Positions 10,327 through 21,692 of a DNA stretch of 32,000 nt are shown here, piece after piece. The position numbers and the translations under genes are program-made. The stretch spans positions 1,710,001 to 1,742,000 of the forward strand of contig NZ_CP089976.1 in assembly GCF_022701215.1 (NCBI RefSeq), given 5' to 3'. Position 1 is the stretch's first letter. Each line of letters opens with the position of its first letter. The stretch is from Moraxella nasovis (GTDB taxonomy: Bacteria > Pseudomonadota > Gammaproteobacteria > Pseudomonadales > Moraxellaceae). The notes under the pieces are model-generated. The model worked only from the letters and a program-made list of their open reading frames with translations. It did not search any database and was not told the origin of the DNA.

Positions 10327-11682
10327 ATGAGTGATCGTTATGGTGAATTAGTACAATCTTCCTTGGGTCGTAAAGTCGCCAAAAACTTAGGGCTACCGAT
10401 GCCTATCAAGCTAGACCGCTATGAAGAAGGTCAGCCGATTTTGCGTGGCGAGGTGGCTTTTGGTTCTGCTGGTGATGGGGTGGTAAAACAGACGGTGGGG
10501 GGTGTATTGACAGCTTTAGATGCTAAAATTACCACCGAAGCCACGCTTGATGAGCGACTAACTGACGAGAATGCTCGCTTTAAAGTAGCGATTTTTGATG
10601 TAACCAATATCAAAAATGTTGATGGGTTAAAGGCAGTGTATGACTTTTTTCATAAAATTGCCCGTAAAATAAAACCGTCTGGTCGGATTATCGTCATTGC
10701 TCGCCCAGAATGTTGTACGGGTACGGATATTGGTTTTGCGTTAGCACAGCGTTCTGTGCTTGGCTTTATAAAGTCCATCGGTAAAGAGTTCAAAAAAGGC
10801 ATTACAGCAAATGCCATCTATGTGCAAGAAGGTGCAGAAAGCCATCTGCCACATGCGTTGCATTTTTTTATGTCGGCAAAATCTGCTTATGTGTCAGGTC
10901 AGCCCGTCATTCTTAAAAAAGGCGTGGATGCACAGCTTGATCATTTTGACAGCAGCCAACCTTTAAAAGGCAAAAAAATCCTAGTAACAGGAGCAAGTCG
11001 TGGTATTGGTGAATCTATTGCAGAAGTGCTCACAAGAGATGGAGCGATGTTATACTGCCTTGATGTGCCAAACAATCTAAGCGACTTACAAAAAGTAGCA
11101 GGCAACTTGGGTGCAAAAGCTTTACCGCTTGATATTACAGACCCTACCGCAGCACAGCAGATTATTCAGGCATGTGGCGTGCTAGATGGCGTGGTGCATA
11201 ATGCAGGCGTCACCCAAGATAAAACATTGGCAAACATGAGTGAAGAGAAGTGGGATCTTGTGCTAAATGTTAATCTTAAAGCCATCGCTGATATTAATCA
11301 GTATCTATTGGATCATGATGGGTTAAGCGATGATGCTCGGGTGGTCTGTGTATCTAGTATCTCTGGGATAGCGGGTAATTTGGGGCAGACTAATTATGCA
11401 ACGAGTAAGGCTGGTGTCATCGGTCTTGTGAATGCTACTGCTAAATTGTTCGATGGCACAGCACGCACCATTAATGCTGTTGCACCGGGCTTTATTGAGA
11501 CTAAGATGACAGGGGCGATACCTTTTGCCATTCGTGAAGCAGGTCGCCGAATGAATGCGATGAGTCAGGGTGGAGAGCCTGTAGATGTTGCAGAAACGAT
11601 TGCTTGGCTGTTATCGCCTAAGGCATCTGGGCTAAATGGTAATGTCGTGCGTGTCTGCGGCTTATCGGTATTAGGTGCGTGA
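10327..11682 (+). CDS. Two-domain (high-molecular-weight) 3-oxoacyl-ACP/CoA reductase, FabG4-like SDR
   Basis: A roughly 200-aa N-terminal non-canonical domain is followed by a classical SDR domain: TGASRGIGESIA (TGxxxGxG), NAGVT, and S...YATSKAG (Ser-Tyr-Lys triad). Confidence 0.85.
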   Translation: MSDRYGELVQSSLGRKVAKNLGLPMPIKLDRYEEGQPILRGEVAFGSAGDGVVKQTVGGVLTALDAKITTEATLDERLTDENARFKVAIFDVTNIKNVDGLKAVYDFFHKIARKIKPSGRIIVIARPECCTGTDIGFALAQRSVLGFIKSIGKEFKKGITANAIYVQEGAESHLPHALHFFMSAKSAYVSGQPVILKKGVDAQLDHFDSSQPLKGKKILVTGASRGIGESIAEVLTRDGAMLYCLDVPNNLSDLQKVAGNLGAKALPLDITDPTAAQQIIQACGVLDGVVHNAGVTQDKTLANMSEEKWDLVLNVNLKAIADINQYLLDHDGLSDDARVVCVSSISGIAGNLGQTNYATSKAGVIGLVNATAKLFDGTARTINAVAPGFIETKMTGAIPFAIREAGRRMNAMSQGGEPVDVAETIAWLLSPKASGLNGNVVRVCGLSVLGA

Positions 11683-11743
11683 TTGGTAATTTATAAAAGC
11701 ACGTTCATTTGTTATGCTGATTGATTAAATTTAAGGAAAAATT

Positions 11744-12613
11744 ATGGCAGACCAAATCTTTCAAGAATTGCCAAAGCTGCACACCACTTATGCTAACGTC
11801 ATTAAAAGCTTAATTCCCCATGGCGATAGTACAGCTAAGTCATTGCCTGGTGCGGTTTATAGCATTCTTAAGCTTGCGATTGACCAAAACAATCTAAAAG
11901 AATACCGTAAAATTTGTGGGTTTATGGATGATGGGCGAGTGCCAGTCACTTATTTTGCGGTACTTTCCCAAAACCTACAGATGAACATGATGGCAAAAGA
12001 AGACTTCCCGTTTGCCATGTTAGGGCTGGTTCATGTTGAAAATTCAGTAACACAGTATCGCCCTATCTTTGATACCGAAACGGTTGCGATGTCGGTGAAG
12101 TTGGATAATTTGCGTCCACATGATAAGGGTCAGCAGTTTGATTTTATAACCACCGTTCATATTGGCAAAGAGCTGGTTTGGCAGGGTGTATCAACCTATC
12201 TATCACGCCAAAAAAAGCCAAAAGATAAGTCCATCACAAGAGCGACACCCACCATCACACCAAAGCTATCACAAGGTCAAGGTTTTATCCAAATTATTGA
12301 TGTGCCAGAAGACATTGGTAGACGCTATGCTTTCGTGTCAGGGGATTTTAATCTCATTCATCTGCACCCCTTATCAGCCCGAGCGTTTGGCTTTCCTAAG
12401 GCGATAGCTCATGGTATGTGGTCAAAAGCAAGAGTGCTGTCTGCCTTGACGGATTTGCCAAAAGCGTATCGAATTGATGTGTCTTTTAAGCTACCTATAT
12501 TCTTACCTTCTAAGGTGGAGCTTGTTGTTAATAAAAACACCGATGAAACTGCCTTTGGGGTCTATGATAAAGAAGACAGACCACATTTGCTTGGACAAGT
12601 GACTTATTTATAA
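11744..12613 (+). CDS. MaoC-like (R)-specific hydratase/dehydratase, double hot-dog (HtdX-like)
   Basis: SGDFNLIHLHPLSARAFGFPKAIAHGMW is the MaoC hydratase motif (D-x-N-x-I-H ... HG). At about 290 aa its size fits a double hot-dog fold. It sits immediately downstream of the FabG4-like gene. Confidence 0.8.
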   Translation: MADQIFQELPKLHTTYANVIKSLIPHGDSTAKSLPGAVYSILKLAIDQNNLKEYRKICGFMDDGRVPVTYFAVLSQNLQMNMMAKEDFPFAMLGLVHVENSVTQYRPIFDTETVAMSVKLDNLRPHDKGQQFDFITTVHIGKELVWQGVSTYLSRQKKPKDKSITRATPTITPKLSQGQGFIQIIDVPEDIGRRYAFVSGDFNLIHLHPLSARAFGFPKAIAHGMWSKARVLSALTDLPKAYRIDVSFKLPIFLPSKVELVVNKNTDETAFGVYDKEDRPHLLGQVTYL

Positions 12614-12680
12614 GCGTGTTGGGGCGGTTTTGTGTTTTTGGTCATTTTGATTTACAATACCGCCTTTTTAATTGGATACG

Positions 12681-13943
12681 ATGATGGCAACGTGGCACGA
12701 CTTTTCTGATGTTTTGAAATCTTTACAGTTTGATGATGCACCTGCAGGTGGTTCGCTTGTGATTTTTAAAGACAATCAAGTGGTGGTAAATACTTCTGTT
12801 GGGCAAGCTTTGCCAAATGTCGTGTGGGACGAACATACGCTGTCGGTGAATTTTTCTATCGGCAAAGGGGTGATGGCAACATTAATCGCCGCTTTAGTTT
12901 CAAAGGGTTTGCTTAGTTATGACAAGCCTATCGCTCATGTTTGGGGACAATTTGCCGTCAACGGTAAGCAAGACATCACATTGCGTCATATCTTAACGCA
13001 TACTGCTAATCTATTTAATATCGCCGATGTAACAAATGACCCCCAAGTATTGTTAAACTGGCAATTGATGGGCGAAAAAATAGCAAATATGACGCCATCA
13101 GCACCAAAGCCAAAAGATAATCATCATTATGCCAGTGCTTATAGCGCTCTTGTTTCTGGCTGGATTTTAGGTCATGTGGTAGAAAAGGTAACTCAGCTGA
13201 CCCTGCAAGCGGCATTAGATACATTTTTGGCAGAGCCGCTTGGGATTAAGGGCGAGTTGTATTTTGGCGTGCCAAGCGATAAGCTTGATCAAGTGGCGAA
13301 ACCTGTTTATTATTTTGATAAGAACGCCGATACAGCAGTTCGCCGAAAACCAACCTTAAAACCTGACACAAAAGCCATCAGCGACGTGTTAAATCATCTC
13401 CCCATTAGTTATTTATGGCAAGACGCTTTAGGTGATACACCGTTATCCACTGCAAGCATTAACAAGCTGTATTTTGATACTTCTAAGATGAATCTGATGA
13501 ACTATAAAAACGCACTCATGCCAAATGGGCGTGATGGCGTATCTTATCACAGTCAAGAAGTGATGCAGGCGTGTATTCCTGCGGCAAATGGCGTATCCAC
13601 AGCAAATGCTTTGGCAACCATCTATGCTATGCATGCCAACGGGGGTGTATGGCAAAATCAGACGATTATTAGTGCAAAAGTGCTCGATGATTTGCGACGT
13701 GTACAAGTAGATGGCTTAGATGCCGTCATGCCTGCAAATATGAAATGGAGAACAGGATTTCATCGCTTATTTAGCATTCATAACGTTCCAAATGCCTATG
13801 GGCATATGGGCTATAATGGCTCAGTTGCGTTTTGTGATCCTGATAGTAAACTTGCTTTTGCGTTCATTCATAACTTTGATACGGTTATGCTAAATGACGT
13901 GCGACAGTTTGCACTTAGTGAGATGGCAATCGCTTTGGCTTAA
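12681..13943 (+). CDS. Serine hydrolase of the beta-lactamase/esterase (class C-like) family
   Basis: The S-x-x-K motif FSIGKGVMA sits near the N-terminus and the length is typical of the family at about 420 aa. ATG 12681 is preferred over the track's TTG 12672, and neither start has been tested. Confidence 0.75.
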   Translation: MMATWHDFSDVLKSLQFDDAPAGGSLVIFKDNQVVVNTSVGQALPNVVWDEHTLSVNFSIGKGVMATLIAALVSKGLLSYDKPIAHVWGQFAVNGKQDITLRHILTHTANLFNIADVTNDPQVLLNWQLMGEKIANMTPSAPKPKDNHHYASAYSALVSGWILGHVVEKVTQLTLQAALDTFLAEPLGIKGELYFGVPSDKLDQVAKPVYYFDKNADTAVRRKPTLKPDTKAISDVLNHLPISYLWQDALGDTPLSTASINKLYFDTSKMNLMNYKNALMPNGRDGVSYHSQEVMQACIPAANGVSTANALATIYAMHANGGVWQNQTIISAKVLDDLRRVQVDGLDAVMPANMKWRTGFHRLFSIHNVPNAYGHMGYNGSVAFCDPDSKLAFAFIHNFDTVMLNDVRQFALSEMAIALA

Positions 13944-14052
13944 TTCTTGCCAAATAACTGCTTTTTCTTTAAAATAGCAAATTTATCTAGCCTTATTCTT
14001 GATTCTTGGGTTTGGCACAGCATTTTTGATTTTATAATTTGATGAGAATATC

Positions 14053-14583
14053 ATGACAGAACCAACCTTAAACGTAATGATCAGTGCCGATGAAATCGCT
14101 GCAAAAGTTGCTAAGCTTGGCAAGAAGATTAACGCCTACTATCAAGACAGCGATAAAGAGCTTATCTTGGTAGGGCTTTTGCGTGGTTCGGTGATTTTTA
14201 TGGCAGATTTATGCCGTGCTATTGACAAGCCGCATGAGCTTGATTTTATGACAGCATCTAGCTATGGCAGTGGCACCCAATCAACTGGTGAGGTGCAAAT
14301 CCTAAAAGATTTAGATGGCGATATTCATGGCAAAGATGTGCTGATTGTTGAAGATATTATTGATTCAGGAACAACGTTGTCAAAAGTTTTAGAAATTTTA
14401 AAAGCCCGTAATCCAAATTCAGTGGAAATCTGTACGCTAGTTAGTAAGCCATCACGTCGTAAAGTGGACGTTGATGTAAAATTTATTGGTTTTGAAGTGG
14501 AAGATAGATTCATCGTAGGTTATGGGCTTGACTATGACCAAAAATACCGCCACATTCCATTCATTGGTGAAATAGGTCTGTAA
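14053..14583 (+). CDS. hpt: Hypoxanthine phosphoribosyltransferase
   Basis: PRPP-binding motif VLIVEDIIDSGTTL and C-terminal GYGLDY..YR..P. Confidence 0.95.
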   Translation: MTEPTLNVMISADEIAAKVAKLGKKINAYYQDSDKELILVGLLRGSVIFMADLCRAIDKPHELDFMTASSYGSGTQSTGEVQILKDLDGDIHGKDVLIVEDIIDSGTTLSKVLEILKARNPNSVEICTLVSKPSRRKVDVDVKFIGFEVEDRFIVGYGLDYDQKYRHIPFIGEIGL

Positions 14584-14604
14584 TTTATCCGTTTGGCATT
14601 GCCA

Positions 14605-14643
14605 AAACACCCATTTTGTTTTACAATTTGGGTGTTTATTTTT
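14605..14643 (+). terminator. Probable terminator of hpt
   Basis: Stem AAACACCCA/TGGGTGTTT with a large 15-nt loop, followed by ATTTTT. Confidence 0.5.
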
Positions 14644-14662
14644 CGTCAAACTAGGAAAAGCT

Positions 14663-16006
14663 ATGTCAAATCTCTACACTTCTCATTTATCAAAACGCAC
14701 AAACCAAGAGAGTATTGCAATCGAGCTACTCGTGGCTTTAAATTCATTGGTTAAAAATAATGTGACGGCTTTATTCTTAGGCGATCGCATTGGTCTTGAT
14801 GTAACAAAATTAATCGCTGTGCATGATAAGCATGGTCTAGATGTAGCAGATACTTTGATATTTGTTAAAAGCCTAGCAGATAAGAACCTAAAGAACACAA
14901 CCGTAGATCTAGTCCAAGCGATTAAGGCAGGTAAAACCGCTGACGATTTTACAGACGGCCGTGAAACCCCAAGTACGGATGTTGTGCTTTATGGCTTTGG
15001 TCGCATTGGTCGCATCTTGGCACGCCTATTAATGAGCCGTCCTGTATCTGATAAAGGCTTACAACTAAAAGCCATCGTTGTACGTCCAGCTGGTGATGGC
15101 GATTTAGCAAAACGAGCAAGTCTGCTTGAGCGTGATAGTGTGCACGGCTGGTTTGATGGCTCGGTTGTCGTTGATGATGAGAATAACGGTATCGTGGTGA
15201 ATGGTCGTTTCATCAAGGTAATCTATGCGTCTGACCCAAGCGAAGTGGACTACACCGCTCATGGCATTGATAACGCCATCGTGATTGATAATACAGGCAA
15301 ATGGAAAGATGAAGCGGGGCTTGGCAAGCACTTACAGTCTAAAGGCGTCAAAAAAGTACTGCTTACCGCTCCAGCATCTGGTGATATTAAGAACATCGTT
15401 TGGGGTGTAAATGACGACATGATTGGTGATGAAACCATCGTATCGGCGGCGTCTTGTACAACTAACGCCATCACACCAACCCTAAAAATCTTAAACGATA
15501 AATACGGCATTGATAATGGACATATGGAAACCATTCACGCCTTCACGAACGATCAAAATCTGGTTGATAACCATCACAAAGCAGATCGCCGTGGTCGTGC
15601 TGCTCCTTTAAATATGGTGATGACCAGCACAGGTGCAGCTAAGGCGGTGAGTAAGGCGATTCCAGAGCTTAAGGGTAAGCTGTCAGGCTCATCAATCCGT
15701 GTGCCAACGCCAAACGTGTCTCTTGCGATTTTAAATCTAAACTTTAAGCATTCGGTAGGCTCAGCAGAAGAACTCAATGCTTTTATAAGACAAGCAAGTC
15801 AAAGCGAACAGTGGCAAGCTCAGATTGCTTATTCTGATAGCCCAGAAGCGGTATCTACTGACTTTGTGGGTTCGCACAAAGTAGCAATCTTTGATGCCAA
15901 ATCTACGTTAGCTACCGACAATCGTGCGGTTATGTACCTATGGTATGATAACGAGATGGGCTATAGCACACAGGTTATCCGTGTGGCAGAAACTATGGCA
16001 AAATAA
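14663..16006 (+). CDS. gap: Glyceraldehyde-3-phosphate dehydrogenase, long form with a ~100-aa N-terminal extension
   Basis: Rossmann GFGRIGR begins at about residue 111. The catalytic SAASCTTNAITP and WYDNEMGYS motifs are present. Confidence 0.93.
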   Translation: MSNLYTSHLSKRTNQESIAIELLVALNSLVKNNVTALFLGDRIGLDVTKLIAVHDKHGLDVADTLIFVKSLADKNLKNTTVDLVQAIKAGKTADDFTDGRETPSTDVVLYGFGRIGRILARLLMSRPVSDKGLQLKAIVVRPAGDGDLAKRASLLERDSVHGWFDGSVVVDDENNGIVVNGRFIKVIYASDPSEVDYTAHGIDNAIVIDNTGKWKDEAGLGKHLQSKGVKKVLLTAPASGDIKNIVWGVNDDMIGDETIVSAASCTTNAITPTLKILNDKYGIDNGHMETIHAFTNDQNLVDNHHKADRRGRAAPLNMVMTSTGAAKAVSKAIPELKGKLSGSSIRVPTPNVSLAILNLNFKHSVGSAEELNAFIRQASQSEQWQAQIAYSDSPEAVSTDFVGSHKVAIFDAKSTLATDNRAVMYLWYDNEMGYSTQVIRVAETMAK

Positions 16007-16018
16007 GCTTATTTTGAT

Positions 16019-16048
16019 AAAAAAGACCGATGTTTATCGGTCTTTTTT
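16019..16048. terminator. Bidirectional rho-independent terminator between gap (+) and fbpC (-)
   Basis: Stem AGACCGAT/ATCGGTCT with a GTTT loop, flanked by an A-run 5' and a T-run 3'. Confidence 0.8.
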
Positions 16049-16089
16049 GTTGGTGTCATTTGCTGGTTTTGATAGGCTCGTGGCGGGTG

Positions 16090-17085
16090 CTATACCGCCC
16101 AGCCATCAAAAATCTCAATCCCCACCATTTGACCAATCTCATAATGCTGACGCAAAGGGGCGTAGGCGAATACAGATTCACCATTAAGACCTATCTGATA
16201 GCGGTAGTGACTGCCTAAAAATTGTCGATCTGTGATGGTGGCGATGGGCGTATCATCTGTAATTTTTACATTTTCTGGTCGGATTAGTACACAAGTGGCG
16301 TTGGTATGTTGGCAGTCAAAAGAACCAAACGCTGTATCTAACTTGCCATCTTGGATGGTGGCAGGCAGTAGTACACCATCGCCGATAAATTGAGCGACTT
16401 CAAGTGACGCAGGCGTGCGATACAAATCTTCAGGCGTTGCCCATTGGTGGAGCTTGCCACCGTGCAACAGTCCGATTTTATCGGCAAACATAAAGGCTTC
16501 ATGCTGATCGTGCGTCACCATGATGGCACTGACATTTTGGTTTTTTAGGAGTGTGCGAATCTCATGTGATAGACGAGTTCTTAGCTCATTGTCCAGATTT
16601 GAGAAAGGCTCATCTAATAAAATGAGTTTAGGCTTACATGCCAAGGCTCTTGCGATTGCCACTCGTTGCTGCTGACCACCTGATAATTCATGAATGTATC
16701 GCTTATGATAGTTTGGCAGACCGACTAATGTTAATAACTCATCAACTCGCTGTTTTTGCTCAGCTTTTGGTAGATGACTGATACCAAAGCCGATATTTTG
16801 GGCGATGGTTAGGTGTGGAAACAAGGCATAATCTTGAAACACCATGCCGATATTACGTTCGTGGGCTGGTAGATTGGTGCTATCATCAACAAGCGTCTTA
16901 CCTGCCATCGTGATTTTACCCATCTGTGGGCGTTCAAAGCCTGCGATACAGCGTAATGCTGTAGTTTTTCCAGAGCCAGATTGTCCAAGTAAACAAGCAA
17001 TTTCGCCTTGTTCTAAGCTAAAAGACAGCTCGCTAAAAACGTTGGTTTTACCAAAACTTAGGGCAAGATGATGAACGTGAATCAT
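16090..17085 (-). CDS. fbpC: Fe(3+)-type ABC transporter ATP-binding protein
   Basis: Walker A GQSGSGKTT, signature LSGGQQQR, Walker B LILLDEP and a C-terminal TOBE-like regulatory domain. It overlaps the permease gene. Confidence 0.85.
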   Translation of the reverse strand: MIHVHHLALSFGKTNVFSELSFSLEQGEIACLLGQSGSGKTTALRCIAGFERPQMGKITMAGKTLVDDSTNLPAHERNIGMVFQDYALFPHLTIAQNIGFGISHLPKAEQKQRVDELLTLVGLPNYHKRYIHELSGGQQQRVAIARALACKPKLILLDEPFSNLDNELRTRLSHEIRTLLKNQNVSAIMVTHDQHEAFMFADKIGLLHGGKLHQWATPEDLYRTPASLEVAQFIGDGVLLPATIQDGKLDTAFGSFDCQHTNATCVLIRPENVKITDDTPIATITDRQFLGSHYRYQIGLNGESVFAYAPLRQHYEIGQMVGIEIFDGWAV

Positions 17086-18671
17086 GATTTTTCCTGTAAT
17101 TTTGAGAACAGTATAATAGGTATCAGACCTGCAGCGATAATAAGCAAGGCAGGTAAGGCAGCTTGGTCAAATCGACCTTCGGTGGTGTAAGTAAATATAA
17201 TAGTAGAGAGTGTTTGCCAGTCATAAGGACGAGTCATAAGCGTAAGTGGCATCTCTTTCATAATATCCACAAATATCATCATCATCGCCACACCCATAGG
17301 TCCTTTTAGTAGTGGTAGATAAATCTGTCTGGCAGTTTGAAATTGTGATACGCCAACAGATTGTGCCGCTTCGGTAAGATTATGCCCAATACGCTCAAAC
17401 CCTGAACTGACAGAAGATAGCCCTAACGCTAAAAAGCGAATGATGTAAGCGATGAGCATAACCCATAGCGTGCCTTTTAGGATATCACTGTCTGTGAACA
17501 TGCCAAATTCAATCAGCTGGTTATCAATCCACGCAATTGGAGCAAAAACACCCACTGCTAAAACTGTGCCAGGAATGGCATAGCCAAGCGTTGCGATACG
17601 CACTAACGCATTAGATAGCATGGTTGGGCGTATGCGTCTTGCTAATGCCACCAAAAATGCCACCGCCGCCACGACGATTGCTCCAACAAGGCTCATTATT
17701 AAAGAATGCCAACCTGCGATGGCAAATTCACCATCTTGGCTAGGATACATCTGTATCGCCCATGCGATAAGCTGCACGATAGGAATGATGATAGCTATCA
17801 CTAAAATACTGCCACAGTAGGCAAATGCAAGCCATTTAGAGATACCCTTAAGGTTGATTAGGGTGTGATGGTTGGATTTATCCATACGATGGAATTTACG
17901 GTTGCCACGGCTGTATTGTTCTAAAGCAAGTAAAATAAAGACAAAGCTAATCATTAAAGACGCTAGCTGCTTGGCTGTCTCAAGTGAGAAAAAGCCAAAC
18001 CACGCTTCATAAATAGCGGTGGTGAATGTTTCTACACCAAAAATAGACACCGCCCCAAAGTCTGCCAGCACTTCCATAAGGGCAAGCACTACACCACCCA
18101 TTAGCCAAGGTCGGCTCATCGGTAGGGCGACCTTAAAAAACGCACGCCAAGGCGATAGCCCAAGCGAAGCTCCTGCTTCAAGCGATCGGCGACCCATACT
18201 CATAAAGGCACTTTTTGCCAGTAGATAGACATAAGGATAAAGCGTTAAGCTAAGCACTATGGCAAGACCCCACTTATTATTAACGTCAGGCAAGAAAGTC
18301 TCAATACCATAAGTGTCCCGAAAATAGCTGTTAATCACGCCTGTATAGTCAAAGATACCAAGCTGAGTAAAGGCAAGAACATAAGCAGGCATGGCAAGTG
18401 GCAACATCATCGCCCACGAGAACAGCCATCGGCAAGGAAAGCGATACATCGCCGTCAGCCAAGCTGTCGTTGAGCCAAGCATAAACACACCAAATCCCAC
18501 AGTGACTAATAAAAATAATGTATTTTGGAACAGTAATGGCAGCTGATAATCCATTAAAAATTGCCAAATCTCGTAATCAATCTCGCTAAAGCCTGCGATG
18601 ATTGTCGCCAGTGGTATGAGCACAAGACAGGCACAAAATAGTAGCCATGCGGTAGGTAGGGGATTTTTCAC
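17082..18671 (-). CDS. fbpB: Fe(3+)-type ABC transporter permease (duplicated 2 x 6 TM)
   Basis: A 529-aa polytopic protein with two permease halves, as in FbpB/AfuB. It starts at GTG and its stop overlaps the ATPase start. Confidence 0.85.
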   Translation of the reverse strand: MKNPLPTAWLLFCACLVLIPLATIIAGFSEIDYEIWQFLMDYQLPLLFQNTLFLLVTVGFGVFMLGSTTAWLTAMYRFPCRWLFSWAMMLPLAMPAYVLAFTQLGIFDYTGVINSYFRDTYGIETFLPDVNNKWGLAIVLSLTLYPYVYLLAKSAFMSMGRRSLEAGASLGLSPWRAFFKVALPMSRPWLMGGVVLALMEVLADFGAVSIFGVETFTTAIYEAWFGFFSLETAKQLASLMISFVFILLALEQYSRGNRKFHRMDKSNHHTLINLKGISKWLAFAYCGSILVIAIIIPIVQLIAWAIQMYPSQDGEFAIAGWHSLIMSLVGAIVVAAVAFLVALARRIRPTMLSNALVRIATLGYAIPGTVLAVGVFAPIAWIDNQLIEFGMFTDSDILKGTLWVMLIAYIIRFLALGLSSVSSGFERIGHNLTEAAQSVGVSQFQTARQIYLPLLKGPMGVAMMMIFVDIMKEMPLTLMTRPYDWQTLSTIIFTYTTEGRFDQAALPALLIIAAGLIPIILFSKLQEKS

Positions 18672-18744
18672 AAACGCTCCACATTTTTTTTAAATGCAAA
18701 TACAATATTTTAGCATAGTTAAGTTATTTTGGCTTAAAAAATCT

Positions 18745-18781
18745 AATGATAATTATTTTTTGATATAAAATGATAATTATT
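18745..18781. promoter_or_regulatory. Two Fur-box-like sites in the fbpB/fbpA divergent promoter region
   Basis: AATGATAATTATT occurs twice (18745-18757 and 18769-18781). By hand alignment each 19-mer context matches the GATAATGATAATCATTATC consensus at about 14 of 19 positions. Confidence 0.6.
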
Positions 18782-18899
18782 ACTATTGATAAATGTGGTA
18801 ATTGTGTGTACAATAATCCTTGTACTGATGGTTGGGAGTAGCCCAAAACCGATAAGTGTGCTGTATTTTATTCATCATTTTAAAGCTAAGGAAATGATT

Positions 18900-19892
18900 A
18901 TGCTAAAGAAATCTTTATTGGCAGTTGCTGTTCTAGGCACTGTGGCCCCTGCGATGGCAAGTGAATTGACTGTTTATTCTTCTCGTGCGACTAACTTGCT
19001 TGAGCCTATCGTTCAAAAATACGAACAAAAAACAGGTACTAAAGTAACGCTTATCAACGATAAAGCGGGTCCTTTGATGGAGCGTCTAAAAAACGAAGGT
19101 AAAAACACCAAGGCAGATGTATTTATTACGGTAGATGGCGGTAACTTATGGCAGGCAGCTCAGATGGATTTGCTTCGCCCAATCAAATCAAGAACGCTAG
19201 AAGCGAATATTCCATCAAACTTCCAAGACGCAAAAAACCGCTGGTTTGGTCTGTCTGTGCGTGCTCGTACAATTTTTTATAACCCATCTAAAGTAAATCC
19301 ATCACAACTTTCTACTTATGCAGACCTTGCTAACGCTAAGTGGAAAGACAAACTGTGCCTACGCACATCAAATAACGTCTATAACCAATCATTGGTTGGG
19401 ACGATGATTCAAAATATCGGTGCTAAAAAAACCGAACAAGTAGTTAAAGGCTGGGTAAACAACCTAGCAGCAGCCCCATTTTCTAATGATACAGCCATGC
19501 TTGAAGCAATCGATGCTGGTCAATGTGATGTGGGTATTGCCAACACTTATTACTATGGGCGTTTACTTGATAAAAAACCAAACTTAAACGTTAAAGTATT
19601 CTTCGCTGATCAAAACGCCAAAGGCACGCACGTCAATGTATCAGGTGCAGGCGTGGTCAAATACAGTGATAACGCTGCTGAAGCCCAAAAGTTCATCGAA
19701 TGGCTAAGTGGATCTGAAGCCCAAAACTTATTTGCTGATCTAAACCACGAATATCCAGCAAACCCACGTATCAGCCCAGATCCAAAAGTCGCTTCATGGG
19801 GTAACTTCCGCCGTGACATCATCAATGTATCAGTAGCTGGTAAAAACCAACGCCAAGCCATCATGTTGATGAAAAAAGCAGGTTATAAATAA
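18900..19892 (+). CDS. fbpA: Fe(3+) ABC transporter periplasmic substrate-binding protein
   Basis: Signal peptide [20 protein letters not shown] followed by an FbpA/AfuA-like mature domain (TVYSS..., ANTYYYGRL). SD AAGGA (18888-18892) lies 7 nt before ATG 18900. The track's upstream extension to 18786 covers the promoter and Fur region. Confidence 0.85.
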   Translation: MLKKSLLAVAVLGTVAPAMASELTVYSSRATNLLEPIVQKYEQKTGTKVTLINDKAGPLMERLKNEGKNTKADVFITVDGGNLWQAAQMDLLRPIKSRTLEANIPSNFQDAKNRWFGLSVRARTIFYNPSKVNPSQLSTYADLANAKWKDKLCLRTSNNVYNQSLVGTMIQNIGAKKTEQVVKGWVNNLAAAPFSNDTAMLEAIDAGQCDVGIANTYYYGRLLDKKPNLNVKVFFADQNAKGTHVNVSGAGVVKYSDNAAEAQKFIEWLSGSEAQNLFADLNHEYPANPRISPDPKVASWGNFRRDIINVSVAGKNQRQAIMLMKKAGYK

Positions 19893-19914
19893 TCGGTTTG
19901 ACTTAGATGACAAC

Positions 19915-19948
19915 AAAAACACCGTACTTAATTTGTGCGGTGTTTTTT
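19915..19948 (+). terminator. Rho-independent terminator of fbpA
   Basis: Stem CACCGTAC/GTGCGGTG (one G.U pair) with a 7-nt loop, then T6. Confidence 0.8.
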
Positions 19949-19992
19949 ATGGGACGTATAAGCGAAAAAAAGAATTAAATAGTAGGGGTTAG

Positions 19993-21267
<1,275 letters not shown>

Positions 21268-21284
21268 TTGCTTAAATAATATCT

Positions 21285-21315
21285 AACCCCTTGCTAGATG
21301 AGTAAGGGGTTTTTT
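21285..21315 (+). terminator. Rho-independent terminator of obg
   Basis: Stem AACCCCTT/AAGGGGTT with an 11-nt loop, then T6. Confidence 0.85.
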
Positions 21316-21692
21316 GTATTAGTGTGAGTGGGCTTGGTAATGTATCGGTTGATGAATTATGGGATTTTATGCTACTAAATATCAGCACAGTAATAATCTG
21401 ATTAACTAACTTATTAACAGCTAAAAATCACAATGCAGCAAGCCAACTTTTTGACCAAAACATGCCTTATCAATAAAGTCATAACGCACATCTTTATTTA
21501 AAAACACTCACCAAAAGCACGATGAGATAAAAATTGCTCTATAGATTATAAACATCAATAACAACTGACATGTGTAATTTTTAGACTCACCCATGCACAA
21601 AGAGTATGTCGATTACTTTGCATGTCTGTGGATTATCAATGTCACTGTTTCATTAAACCTTTAAATCATCTTCATGCTCATTTACTAAAATA

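Noticed and set aside
18786-18899. The N-terminal extension of the fbpA ORF (track start at 18786).
   Set aside because: The extension would be translated from the Fur-box and promoter region. A canonical signal peptide and an AAGGA SD support the start at 18900 (or 18894).
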